A stretch of 64,000 nucleotides of DNA from a virus. Position numbers and translations under genes: made by a program. The DNA is taken from positions 22,602 to 86,601 of IMG/VR virus record IMGVR_UViG_3300006076_000003. One strand, written 5' to 3'. The first letter of the stretch is position 1; each line of letters opens with the position of its first letter. Below the pieces are notes generated by a model. The model was given only the letters and a program-made list of their open reading frames with translations. It searched no databases and was not told the origin of the DNA. Of the stretch, positions 1-8,028 are shown one piece after another.

Positions 1-511
1 CTATTGATCTTTCATTATCTAAATCTGAAATAACAAGTCCATTAGACTGTGTTTCACCATGAAATGTTTCTTTAAGTGGAAATAGATAGATATTATTAAT
101 AATATTTGCACCTCTATCGATTAATTCTACAATTGAACTTGTTATAGATACTTTAGGGTTTGTTCTACCTCCACTATAAAGTTTTCTATTTGTTATTTTA
201 AGTTTTAAATACTGTATAACTTCCATATTAGCAGCATAATATGTCATAGTCACATTATTTTTAAAATAATTCCAAAACATCAACGTTTCTAAGTTACCTA
301 CATGATCATCGTGTATATGACTTATAAACACATGTTTTATTTGTTTAATATGAAAATCCGTAGTTGTCTTTTCTAACTGAATTAATCTTTGCATTATATT
401 AAAACCACAATCAAATAGTAAATATTCATTTTTACTAACTTCAATTAAAAAACTACTATTTGTTGATAGTGGATCTAATCCACCACCATTACCTAACTGT
501 ATAAACTTCAT
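1..511 (-). CDS. Metallo-beta-lactamase-fold hydrolase, RNase Z/ElaC-like (runs off window)
   Basis: Manual translation MKFIQLGNGGGLDPLSTNSSFLI...LLFDCG...VFISHIHDDHVGNL; HxHxDH motif; not in ORF track because truncated. Confidence 0.85.
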   Translation of the reverse strand, partial: MKFIQLGNGGGLDPLSTNSSFLIEVSKNEYLLFDCGFNIMQRLIQLEKTTTDFHIKQIKHVFISHIHDDHVGNLETLMFWNYFKNNVTMTYYAANMEVIQYLKLKITNRKLYSGGRTNPKVSITSSIVELIDRGANIINNIYLFPLKETFHGETQSNGLVISDLDNERSI

Positions 512-514
512 TTG

Positions 515-733
515 TTATCCTTTACATTTAATTATTTTATATCGATATGGTAGGTCTATTTGTTTTTCACCTTCTACAAATTTTATTGCTTCAAATAGAT
601 TATCAAATACACATAAGCTAAGTCCTATGTTTTTTATTTTATTCTTAACTACCCATTGATGACCAATAGTCAAATAGTAAACTCTAACTTTAGTAGTCTC
701 AATAGCTTTAGCAGCTGCTATTATATAACTCAT
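515..733 (-). CDS. Hypothetical early protein
   Basis: 72 aa ORF coupled to neighbours, RBS upstream. Confidence 0.6.
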   Translation of the reverse strand: MSYIIAAAKAIETTKVRVYYLTIGHQWVVKNKIKNIGLSLCVFDNLFEAIKFVEGEKQIDLPYRYKIIKCKG

Positions 734-912
734 TTTTTACCTTTCATTAAAAAAACAATTGTTACTGGCCAAAGCAATAAGACAATTTGCCAAATAAGCA
801 ATATTTGTATTAACCGTCCTATAGATTTGTTGCGAATTAAAACAACAAGTTTAGGAGCAGTTAATACATAACCCACAAAATAACCAGCTAAGTACGCTTG
901 TTCGACGAACAT
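730..912 (-). CDS. Small membrane protein
   Basis: 60 aa, two hydrophobic segments, overlaps adjacent genes. Confidence 0.55.
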   Translation of the reverse strand: MFVEQAYLAGYFVGYVLTAPKLVVLIRNKSIGRLIQILLIWQIVLLLWPVTIVFLMKGKK

Positions 913-1037
913 GCAATAATCTGTGGATTGTAGCCTTTTGCTTTAAAGGCTTCAAACATGGAAAATGCAATGTACTCATCAGAGTACATCACAGTTTGCT
1001 GTCTACGCTTTGGGTGCTGATAAATTATCTTTACCAT
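888..1037 (-). CDS. Small hypothetical protein (49 aa)
   Basis: Manual translation MVKIIYQHPKRRQQTVMYSDEYIAFSMFEAFKAKGYNPQII...; GGAGAG RBS upstream. Confidence 0.6.
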   Translation of the reverse strand: MVKIIYQHPKRRQQTVMYSDEYIAFSMFEAFKAKGYNPQIIACSSNKRT

Positions 1038-1383
1038 TTGTCTCTCCTTCAATTAAACTAAGTTTTGCTTTTGCTTTAGCAAGTCTTTTTTGAATTCTTG
1101 CTTGTTCTTGCATTTTAAAAACTTGCTCCTCTAACAGGTCAAGTTCTGACTTTTCAGTTGCTTTAGCAAACAATTTTTTAACATTTTCAAAACTAACATT
1201 ATGTACAACAAAATAGGTAGTACCTGTTGTCTTTTTAGTTAATTCTGAACCTGATGCCATTAGATAAGCACCAGATGTTGAAAAATCATCACGAGGTGTA
1301 AGCCCAAGTTCCTCACATTTTTCTTCAATAGCATCTGCTGCTCTATACAGTTGTTTAATTAATGGGGCATTTCTTAATGACAT
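1003..1383 (-). CDS. Hypothetical early protein with C-terminal coiled coil
   Basis: 126 aa ORF, AAGGAG RBS. Confidence 0.7.
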   Translation of the reverse strand: MSLRNAPLIKQLYRAADAIEEKCEELGLTPRDDFSTSGAYLMASGSELTKKTTGTTYFVVHNVSFENVKKLFAKATEKSELDLLEEQVFKMQEQARIQKRLAKAKAKLSLIEGETNGKDNLSAPKA

Positions 1384-1715
1384 TTAATCTCCTTTATTTT
1401 AATACCAATATCTTTTTTTATTGTATATAGATCATCACTTGGTTTAGTCAACTCATAAATAGACCCAACAAAAGTTACATAGCGTAATTGTTTGATGTTG
1501 TATTTTTTTATGAGCTTTTTATCTTTAACCCAAATGTGATCAATTTCATAATCCACACCATCTATTTTGATGTGTGTAAATAGCATGGAGTCCTTGGCAG
1601 CATTACAGCTGCTACCGTTTTTTATATATTTAGCCGTAAACAACAACTTTTTATCTAATAGATTGTTGTTTTTTAAAAACGTTAGACGGTCTGATTGCTG
1701 TATTCTCATTTCCAT
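1374..1715 (-). CDS. Hypothetical early protein
   Basis: ORF 1374-1730; likely start at MEMRIQ after GGAGG. Confidence 0.65.
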   Translation of the reverse strand: MEMRIQQSDRLTFLKNNNLLDKKLLFTAKYIKNGSSCNAAKDSMLFTHIKIDGVDYEIDHIWVKDKKLIKKYNIKQLRYVTFVGSIYELTKPSDDLYTIKKDIGIKIKEIKCH

Positions 1716-1936
1716 GATACCCTCCCCCAACCATGCGGCGAGTCGAAATTAGGGTACCCTTGGAATGCTGTCTCTGTGGACAGCAAAAATTCCTCGGTAT
1801 TGCTGTAATAAGGCTCATCTGCCCAACCCTCAAATGGTACCTCTTGTTGCTGTGATTCAATACAACAATCTTGGCTTACATATTCTTCCGCTTCAATTGC
1901 ATTTGCTAATTCTTCAAGTTCTTTAATTAATAACAT
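1706..1936 (-). CDS. Acidic hypothetical early protein
   Basis: 76 aa, AGGAGAG RBS. Confidence 0.65.
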   Translation of the reverse strand: MLLIKELEELANAIEAEEYVSQDCCIESQQQEVPFEGWADEPYYSNTEEFLLSTETAFQGYPNFDSPHGWGRVSWK

Positions 1937-1978
1937 AATACGCTCTCCTGTAATTAAATTTTTATTCTTAACTAAAGT

Positions 1979-2131
1979 CTATAATTTGACTTTAATTATT
2001 GCTGGGCGGTTTTCATGTTTATCCGCCGCAGCTTTTGCTGACTCATAATCAGCATATATTAGTCTTTCGACTAACTTCTCAGTTGAGTCAAAGTACGACT
2101 CTTCACCCCATTCTAAAATGTAAACATACAT
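1979..2131 (-). CDS. Hypothetical early protein (start revised to MYVYIL)
   Basis: AAGGAG RBS immediately upstream of 2131. Confidence 0.65.
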   Translation of the reverse strand: MYVYILEWGEESYFDSTEKLVERLIYADYESAKAAADKHENRPAIIKVKL

Positions 2132-2153
2132 TTTTTCTCCTTTAATTAAATTT

Positions 2154-2246
2154 TTATTCCTGCCAACCGCACGCTTGGCAGTAGCTGTTTGTAACCCAAT
2201 GTCCACACATAGGACAATCGCCTGTGTAAAATTTTGTAATTTGCAT
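2154..2246 (-). CDS. 30-aa zinc-ribbon microprotein
   Basis: MQITKFYTGDCPMCGHWVTNSYCQACGWQE; two CxxC motifs; AAGGAG RBS. Confidence 0.65.
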   Translation of the reverse strand: MQITKFYTGDCPMCGHWVTNSYCQACGWQE

Positions 2247-2257
2247 ATTTACTCCTT

Positions 2258-2326
2258 TTAGCTTGTATATGCTATTAAAATAATAGCAAGTATTACAGCA
2301 AAATCTAATAACATTGCTATGGCCAT
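2258..2326 (-). CDS. 22-aa hydrophobic peptide
   Basis: MAIAMLLDFAVILAIILIAYTS; AAGGA RBS; fills gap in operon. Confidence 0.45.
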   Translation of the reverse strand: MAIAMLLDFAVILAIILIAYTS

Positions 2327-2329
2327 TTT

Positions 2330-2470
2330 TTATCCTTTCACCATAGCTTGATATATTGATACTTCAAATTGAAATGGGCTCCCTAAAGGTTTCCATCCCA
2401 TAGCAATATGCTCTCTAACAAATTCCTCTAAAAGGTCAATTGTGTGACCTTGCAAAATTCTATAGCTCAT
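2330..2470 (-). CDS. DUF1737-like small protein (46 aa)
   Basis: MSYRILQ...LEEFVREHIAMGWKPLGSP...YQAMVK matches the GW.P.G...YQAM pattern of DUF1737. Confidence 0.7.
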   Translation of the reverse strand: MSYRILQGHTIDLLEEFVREHIAMGWKPLGSPFQFEVSIYQAMVKG

Positions 2471-2495
2471 AATATTATAATCCTACAATTAATAT

Positions 2496-2521
2496 AGCAG
2501 TTTAAAGTCTTGCTTAGGACT
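2496..2521 (-). ncRNA. Pseudoknot motif A, copy 1
   Basis: Minus strand AGUC-CUAAGCAA-GACU-UUAAAC-UGCU. Confidence 0.7.
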
Positions 2522-2526
2522 GAGTA

Positions 2527-2880
2527 TTAGTTGCAGATGAATCCAGGTACACTTACAATGTTGCCTTTAGCATCTCTTGTTGCATTGTTAGTATCTGGTG
2601 CCACTAAGTCTTGACGCTCAGGGAATGCAGCAAGGATCATAGCACTAACAATTAAAATTTTGTTAGGTTGTGGTTCAGGTAAGTTGTGGCCAGTGACCAC
2701 TTGACGGGAGACTGTGAACATATCTATGTCCCCCACGATTTGATTTTCTTTTTCAAGGCGAGCCTCATTACCTGATGGCTCATAAGTGGTTGTACCCCAG
2801 CCGTTTTTTAATGTAATTGCATGTGGAGTCCAATTCTCCACTACTAATTCTGTATAATTCATTAAAGTATCCTCAATCAT
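2527..2880 (-). CDS. Conserved phage protein (N.TPH.I ... RDAKG.I family)
   Basis: NWTPHAITL...LPEPQPNKILIVS...RQDLVAPDT...RDAKGNI pattern seen in many phage hypotheticals. Confidence 0.75.
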   Translation of the reverse strand: MIEDTLMNYTELVVENWTPHAITLKNGWGTTTYEPSGNEARLEKENQIVGDIDMFTVSRQVVTGHNLPEPQPNKILIVSAMILAAFPERQDLVAPDTNNATRDAKGNIVSVPGFICN

Positions 2881-2919
2881 TTTATTCTCCTAAAATTAGA
2901 TTTTTTGACCTATAGGGTA

Positions 2920-2952
2920 GGCCTCCTTAGGTCTGTGCCTGAGGGGCTTTTT
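2920..2952. terminator. GC-rich hairpin, candidate terminator or regulatory stem
   Basis: gcctccttagg-tctgtg-cctgaggggc followed by T-run on plus strand. Confidence 0.45.
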
Positions 2953-3122
2953 ATATAAGTCTTAATTAAATCTTAATTTATTTATTAAAACTTAATTAAA
3001 ACTTAATAGAAATAATCAAAATAGTTGTTATGACTGTATAAGTTTTAAACTTTAAAGTTGTATAAAAAATATACAGTCTATTTTTGAGGTTTGTGGGTTT
3101 GTTGGTTTTGTTTAGAGGGCTG

Positions 3123-3440
3123 TTAGAGGTCTGGAAGGAGCTCCAAATGCTCCTCCCTACCGCTATTTTCCACGTATAGCTCCTCATAAATTTTGTCGTA
3201 AATCCCCTCTTTCCCAAGAGACGATAACTCTCGTAAATGTGTGAGGTACCACTCTTGTCCACCTATATAATCCAAGTAACTACCGCCTTCAGCTTTAGCT
3301 TTTGCTTTAGACTGCTTAATTATCAATTTTTCTAAAGCTTTATCACTCATCTTTGGAGTGATTTTTAATTCCTTTATTTTGCCTATTACTGCCTTAGTGC
3401 GTTTAAACACTAAGCCAGCAATCTCTTGCTTGTAATGCAT
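3123..3440 (-). CDS. Hypothetical early protein (start revised to MHYKQE)
   Basis: AAGGAG RBS before 3440. Confidence 0.65.
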   Translation of the reverse strand: MHYKQEIAGLVFKRTKAVIGKIKELKITPKMSDKALEKLIIKQSKAKAKAEGGSYLDYIGGQEWYLTHLRELSSLGKEGIYDKIYEELYVENSGREEHLELLPDL

Positions 3441-3745
3441 TTCTGCTCCTTTAATTAATAAATTCAATTAACCGAGGCCCCGTACGAGGTAATAGATAGA
3501 GTGTCGACACTATAAGTAGATATTGTTTATTTGTTAAAAAATAACAAATAAAAACAAAAGTAATATATGCTCTTTAAAAAACAGGCTACTCAAAGGTAGT
3601 TCCTAAGGAGAGCATATAAAACTCAATGCTGCTTTCCGTAGAAAACAGCAGTGAATTTTAAATTAAACTTAGACCAGCCCAAATGTCTATTTTTTCAAGT
3701 TTGGGCAGTCGTCCCAAAATTAAAAAATTAGGACACATACTCTTT

Positions 3746-3984
3746 ATGACCTTTTCGTGGTCATGTGGTGTAACCTAAGGGTTACACACCACTGCCCACA
3801 ACGCAAAATTAAGGTTATGGTCATTTCGTGGTCAAATTTCGTGGTCAAAATTTAACTCAAAAAACCCATGAAATAAGGCTTTGTCACTTTCATGGTCATT
3901 TCGTGGTCAAATTTCGTGGTCAAATTTCGTGGTCAAAATGGTTGACCATGAAACCTCTTGTGGTCAAATAAAATGACCACGAAA
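3746..3984. repeat. Iteron-like array of TTTCRTGGTCA (about 9 direct and 2 inverted copies)
   Basis: Direct copies at about 3753, 3815, 3824, 3837, 3888, 3899, 3912, 3925, 3957; inverted TGACCAYGAAA at 3943 and 3974; AT-rich tract follows. Confidence 0.9.
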
Positions 3985-4019
3985 ATGTTAAATATTTAAT
4001 ATTAGTTTAAAATTAAATG

Positions 4020-4050
4020 TGTATAATACACACATATAAATACTAAGGAG
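4020..4050 (+). promoter_or_regulatory. Sigma70-type -10 box and RBS for the RHH-RepA operon
   Basis: TATAAT at 4022-4027, AAGGAG at 4045-4050. Confidence 0.6.
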
Positions 4051-4056
4051 CAAGTG

Positions 4057-4227
4057 ATGAGAAAAAACATATGGTTCTCAAAATATCAACAAGAGATAAT
4101 GAGAGGGATAAAACAGTTTACAGATAACGTAAAAGAGACTGATTCAGAAATAATCAGAAAATCAATGGAATACTACCTACAGTATTTAAAAGATAACAAA
4201 ATGGAGAAAGTGAATGATGAAAAATAA
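4057..4227 (+). CDS. CopG/ribbon-helix-helix DNA-binding protein (56 aa)
   Basis: Manual translation MRKNIWFSKYQQEIMRGIKQFTDNVKETDSEIIRKSMEYYL; beta strand then SEIIR..YL RHH signature; overlaps repA start. Confidence 0.7.
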   Translation: MRKNIWFSKYQQEIMRGIKQFTDNVKETDSEIIRKSMEYYLQYLKDNKMEKVNDEK

Positions 4228-5197
4228 CACAGAGGTAATAGAATTTGAAAAGTACTTTAACAAGGTACCTGATGAATTAATAACACCAGATTGGCTATAT
4301 AAAAACCTTATTGAGAAAAATTCATTAAACGTTATGTTTGGTGCAACAGGATCTATGAAAAGTTTTGTTATTTTAGATATGCTATTGCATATAACAAATA
4401 ATAAAGATTGGCAAAACTTTAAATTAAAAGAGCAAGATGTTGTTGCTCTATATGTTGCTGGGGAAGGACAGACTGGTCTAAACCTTAGAATAAAAGCAGC
4501 ATGTAATAAACATGAATTAAATCATGACAATTTGTTAATAAGCAAAACACCTGTTGATTTAATGAATGAGGGACATATTAACAAATTAATAGCAGCAATT
4601 AAGAGTATAGATAAACATGTTTTTATCATATTTGATACACTAAACAGAAACTTTAGTGGTGATGAAAATAGCAGCAAAGATATGGCTGTTGTATGGCAGA
4701 ATGTAACAAGATTAACAAAAGTTAATGCTACTGTTATGATAATTCACCATACAGGACATGGTGTTTCAAATAGAGCAAGAGGTAGTTCATCTATAAGAGC
4801 AGCAATGGATGGTGAGTTTGGTGTAGAACTCAATAAGGAAACAAAAGTTATAACTGTTTCAAATACCAAAGCTAAAAACACTGAAGAAGCAGATGCTATT
4901 ACTTTAACATATGAAAAAGTTATATTAGGAAAAGATGAAGACGATGATGACATTACCTCATTAGCATTGTTACCTTATATTGATGAGGACAGCAATGATA
5001 CAGAAGAAGTATTAATAAATACTGCTGAACTCATCAAAGATAAATTACCTATGAGTCATAAAGACATTAACAAATTGATTGCTGATGTTTTTAATAAGGC
5101 AGAGGAGACAGTTAGAAAAAGCATAAAACCAAAGGTCTATGCTTATCTAAAAGATAAATATAACATCCAGTCCGCTAAATCTGGCTGGGTGTTATGA
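4214..5197 (+). CDS. RepA-like SF4 helicase (AAA_25 family)
   Basis: Walker A GATGSMKS, YVAGEG, Walker B IIFDTL, DENS, IIHHTG, ARGSSSI..AMD. Confidence 0.9.
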   Translation: MMKNNTEVIEFEKYFNKVPDELITPDWLYKNLIEKNSLNVMFGATGSMKSFVILDMLLHITNNKDWQNFKLKEQDVVALYVAGEGQTGLNLRIKAACNKHELNHDNLLISKTPVDLMNEGHINKLIAAIKSIDKHVFIIFDTLNRNFSGDENSSKDMAVVWQNVTRLTKVNATVMIIHHTGHGVSNRARGSSSIRAAMDGEFGVELNKETKVITVSNTKAKNTEEADAITLTYEKVILGKDEDDDDITSLALLPYIDEDSNDTEEVLINTAELIKDKLPMSHKDINKLIADVFNKAEETVRKSIKPKVYAYLKDKYNIQSAKSGWVL

Positions 5198-5212
5198 TAC
5201 CATGTTATCTCT

Positions 5213-5237
5213 GAGAAAGAGGTTAAACCTCTTCCTC
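5213..5237. terminator. Hairpin between convergent repA and RNAP genes
   Basis: aagaggt-taa-acctctt. Confidence 0.5.
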
Positions 5238-7324
5238 TATGCTTGCATAAAGTTATCTCCTATAATTAATTTAGTCTCTTGTTTATCAGGTCGTAGACTT
5301 GCGACCTCTTCTGCTGTTAATTTGTCACGGCTCATAGATTTTAATGCCATTAACATTGCTTCCTGCTCCCAAGCATCCAGTAAATCTTGTTTTCCTACTC
5401 GAAGCAATCCTTCCTGAAGCATTCCACATGCCCCATCATTATCGTGTATAAATATTGCTGACCCACCAAGTTCAGCAACATAATCTATTTTAGCTCTAAC
5501 AGCTACAGCATCATCTGCATGTGTTGCATTTGCTAAAGCTCCACTCATTTTAACTTTAGATTCAACATCTTGTTTATCGCCTCTTCCTTTGATTACTGAG
5601 ACTGCTGGCACATATTTACCATTGTTTAAGATAAATAGCAATGGCATATGTCTAACAATACTCATAGACTTTAGGTTGTCATAACCCAACTTTTCATTGA
5701 ACGATCTTCCTTCCTCATCACTTGAGATGTAGAATACCTTAGATTGGTATCCTTCTAAATAAGCAATTGATCTGGCTGGAAAACCATCCCTTGTCATGAT
5801 GTTTAACTCTGAGTACTCATTGTTATAAAATGAGTTCCCTATCTTGTTATACAGGTGGAATAATTCACCTGTATCTCCATATACTTCTTTAACAATCTTG
5901 AGATATACCTCCTCTGTTAGATTTATTTCCTCACTATGTGCTTCTAAGAAGTACTGTTCAGCCTTCTTAACAGCAGATTTAGGTGATACCCCAGCAGTAA
6001 TTGATTGTGATACTGCTTTCTTGATATCATCCCTTGTTGCTGATAGATTTGTTATTTTATTAAATGCTTTAGTAAGCTCCTTGTGTGGATCCATAACTGA
6101 TTTGTAGTCAAGTAGATTACATATTCTTAAAGCTTTACGCTCTTTACTAAGTCCAGCAGCAAACCTTATTGCTCCTGAGTTGGTGTAATCTGTGAACAGG
6201 TATGTTGCATTTGGTGTGCCACTTAAGTAATCATAATATGCTTGTACTACTCGCTTATGATAAAGCTCCTCTAAATAGCCATTAGCCGATTTTAAAAATT
6301 TGCTAATGTTTTTATCAACATCCTTTTCAAACTCTGCTATTGCATTGTTTGGGTTCAACCTTTTAAGAGTTGACATAATTACAAATACAATATATTTGTA
6401 ATCTAACTCATTTAATACTCTAGGCTTAAAACTCTCCCACATATATTTACCTATCTTTGTTTGTGGGTTTAATAAAGGATTTGGTGATGTATAATAAACC
6501 CTTCCCCTGTAATCATATGCTGTCTCTATAAACAAGGGAAAGTTTCCACTTTCTTGTTTATTTTTTAATTCTACCAATGCTTTAATATACCTTTTGTAAT
6601 TTTGTTTTAATTTGTCTAACCTATCTTTGATTAGCAATCTCCTTTCAAGATTGCTGTATTTTCTTGTTTTAGATAAAAATTTGCCTTCTTTAACAGCTAT
6701 ATATTCTTTGCTGGTCAGCAAATATTTATACAGCTTTTTAATCTCTACATCATTTACAAGACGATGTTGCATCTTGTTAGCATTTGCTAAAGTCTTTTTA
6801 GCAGCACTATTAAGTTTACGTGCTGGCATACCTGCTTTACCTGCTACTTTAGTTTTAGGCTTTTGTGGTGAAAATGTTACACCACTAGTAGCATCTTTAA
6901 GAGCTACTTCAATACTAGGGTCCCCAATAAACTTTTCAATCTTTTGGTACTGCTTGTTACGACTTCTATACACTTCAACTCTTTTATTTGGACCTACTTT
7001 CATATAAGCATTTAGCACTGCTGCTGCAATGCTTAACTTTGCATGTTCCCTCCAGTGAGGGTTGAAATCTCCTAAGCCTCTTGAGTTTAGCCTATAAGAC
7101 AGTGCAGCAACTGCGTTATGCAGTTCAGTTTCTCTTAGATTTTCTAAGAAAGATAGGATATCTTTCTTATAGCCTCCTTTGAAAAAGATATCATAGGCAG
7201 CTACCATTGCTGCCCATTTTTCGTCTTTACCTTCTAAAGTCTTTAGAACTTTTAAATCTTCAAGAGATTTTTTGCTTTCTTTTAATTCAATATACACTTT
7301 TCTATAGATTGTTTCAGTTTTCAT
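5237..7324 (-). CDS. Single-subunit T7/N4-type DNA-directed RNA polymerase (RNAP II equivalent, unsplit)
   Basis: YDYRGRVYY, motif A DYTNSG, motif B RDDIKK, ANATHADDA, motif C IHD. Confidence 0.88.
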   Translation of the reverse strand: MKTETIYRKVYIELKESKKSLEDLKVLKTLEGKDEKWAAMVAAYDIFFKGGYKKDILSFLENLRETELHNAVAALSYRLNSRGLGDFNPHWREHAKLSIAAAVLNAYMKVGPNKRVEVYRSRNKQYQKIEKFIGDPSIEVALKDATSGVTFSPQKPKTKVAGKAGMPARKLNSAAKKTLANANKMQHRLVNDVEIKKLYKYLLTSKEYIAVKEGKFLSKTRKYSNLERRLLIKDRLDKLKQNYKRYIKALVELKNKQESGNFPLFIETAYDYRGRVYYTSPNPLLNPQTKIGKYMWESFKPRVLNELDYKYIVFVIMSTLKRLNPNNAIAEFEKDVDKNISKFLKSANGYLEELYHKRVVQAYYDYLSGTPNATYLFTDYTNSGAIRFAAGLSKERKALRICNLLDYKSVMDPHKELTKAFNKITNLSATRDDIKKAVSQSITAGVSPKSAVKKAEQYFLEAHSEEINLTEEVYLKIVKEVYGDTGELFHLYNKIGNSFYNNEYSELNIMTRDGFPARSIAYLEGYQSKVFYISSDEEGRSFNEKLGYDNLKSMSIVRHMPLLFILNNGKYVPAVSVIKGRGDKQDVESKVKMSGALANATHADDAVAVRAKIDYVAELGGSAIFIHDNDGACGMLQEGLLRVGKQDLLDAWEQEAMLMALKSMSRDKLTAEEVASLRPDKQETKLIIGDNFMQA

Positions 7325-7358
7325 TTTGAACTCCTATAATTAATTTTTTTTTGTTCAA

Positions 7359-7472
7359 CGTACCTTTGTTTAAGCAGTTGGTCTGCTCTTGTTAACTAAC
7401 AACTAACCCACCATTAAGTACTCCATTGAGTACTTAAGGATGAGTGAACAGTTTATAGTCTTGTTCAGGACT
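7359..7472 (-). ncRNA. Structured intergenic cassette: pseudoknot A copy 2, long stem, hairpin/pseudoknot B
   Basis: 7446-7472 motif A; 7406-7445 17-bp stem; 7359-7387 motif B; whole cassette repeated at 8029-8148 with compensatory changes. Confidence 0.75.
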
Positions 7473-7488
7473 AAGGCAGATCTTAGAG

Positions 7489-7998
7489 CTATTCAATCCT
7501 AAAATCTACCATGGGAACTTCTAATCCCTTAGCAGCTAATGCTGCTAAGGTTAATATTCCTTCTTTGGCAATCCCCTTCCTTTCATATTCCCTTATTTCA
7601 AGTGTTGTCTCTCTATCAATTATTTGTTGTACAAATTCTCTATATAATAGAGAGACTATTAAGTATTTGGATATATCCTCCTGTATCCTACTATACTTTG
7701 ATTCTACTTTAGTTTGTAGGACTATTTTATCTCTTTTAATCTCTAATAGGGAAATTGATATGTCTGCATACATGTCTTTATTATTAATTCCTGCTTTTGT
7801 GATTCTTTCCTCAGGAGCCTCTGACTCCCAACCAAATACTCTACGTTCTCCTTTTACCCATCCTTTACTTATAAGCCAATACTTAAATGTATGGTTATTC
7901 AAAACTTCAGACATTTCTGCGTACTCTTTGTATGCTTCTCTATTTGCAAGGCCACCTAATTTTTTGTGTCCGTAAAATTCAATTGTTAAAGTTTTCAT
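7489..7998 (-). CDS. Hypothetical early protein
   Basis: 169 aa, AAGGAG RBS. Confidence 0.75.
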   Translation of the reverse strand: MKTLTIEFYGHKKLGGLANREAYKEYAEMSEVLNNHTFKYWLISKGWVKGERRVFGWESEAPEERITKAGINNKDMYADISISLLEIKRDKIVLQTKVESKYSRIQEDISKYLIVSLLYREFVQQIIDRETTLEIREYERKGIAKEGILTLAALAAKGLEVPMVDFRIE

Positions 7999-8028
7999 AA
8001 TGTTCTCCTTAAATTAATTTATTATGAG

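Noticed and set aside
2496-2521. Hammerhead/HDV ribozyme or preQ1 riboswitch identity for pseudoknot A
   Set aside because: Lacks the CUGAUGA/GAAA core and the preQ1 loop consensus; left unnamed pending an Rfam search.
2957-3010. Short AAACTTAAT-type tandem repeats
   Set aside because: Low-complexity AT sequence; cannot be distinguished from chance.
2996-3262. 88-aa overlapping ORF
   Set aside because: Overlaps a better gene in another frame and runs into AT-rich intergenic sequence without an RBS.
3746-3984. CRISPR array
   Set aside because: Repeats are 11 bp with 0-2 bp gaps and mixed orientation; no unique spacers and no cas genes.
5844-7975. Plus-strand ORFs antisense to RNAP and early genes, and the many minus-strand ORFs inside structural genes
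   Set aside because: Shadow ORFs: Ser/Leu/Phe-rich, no RBS, fully overlapping well-supported genes.
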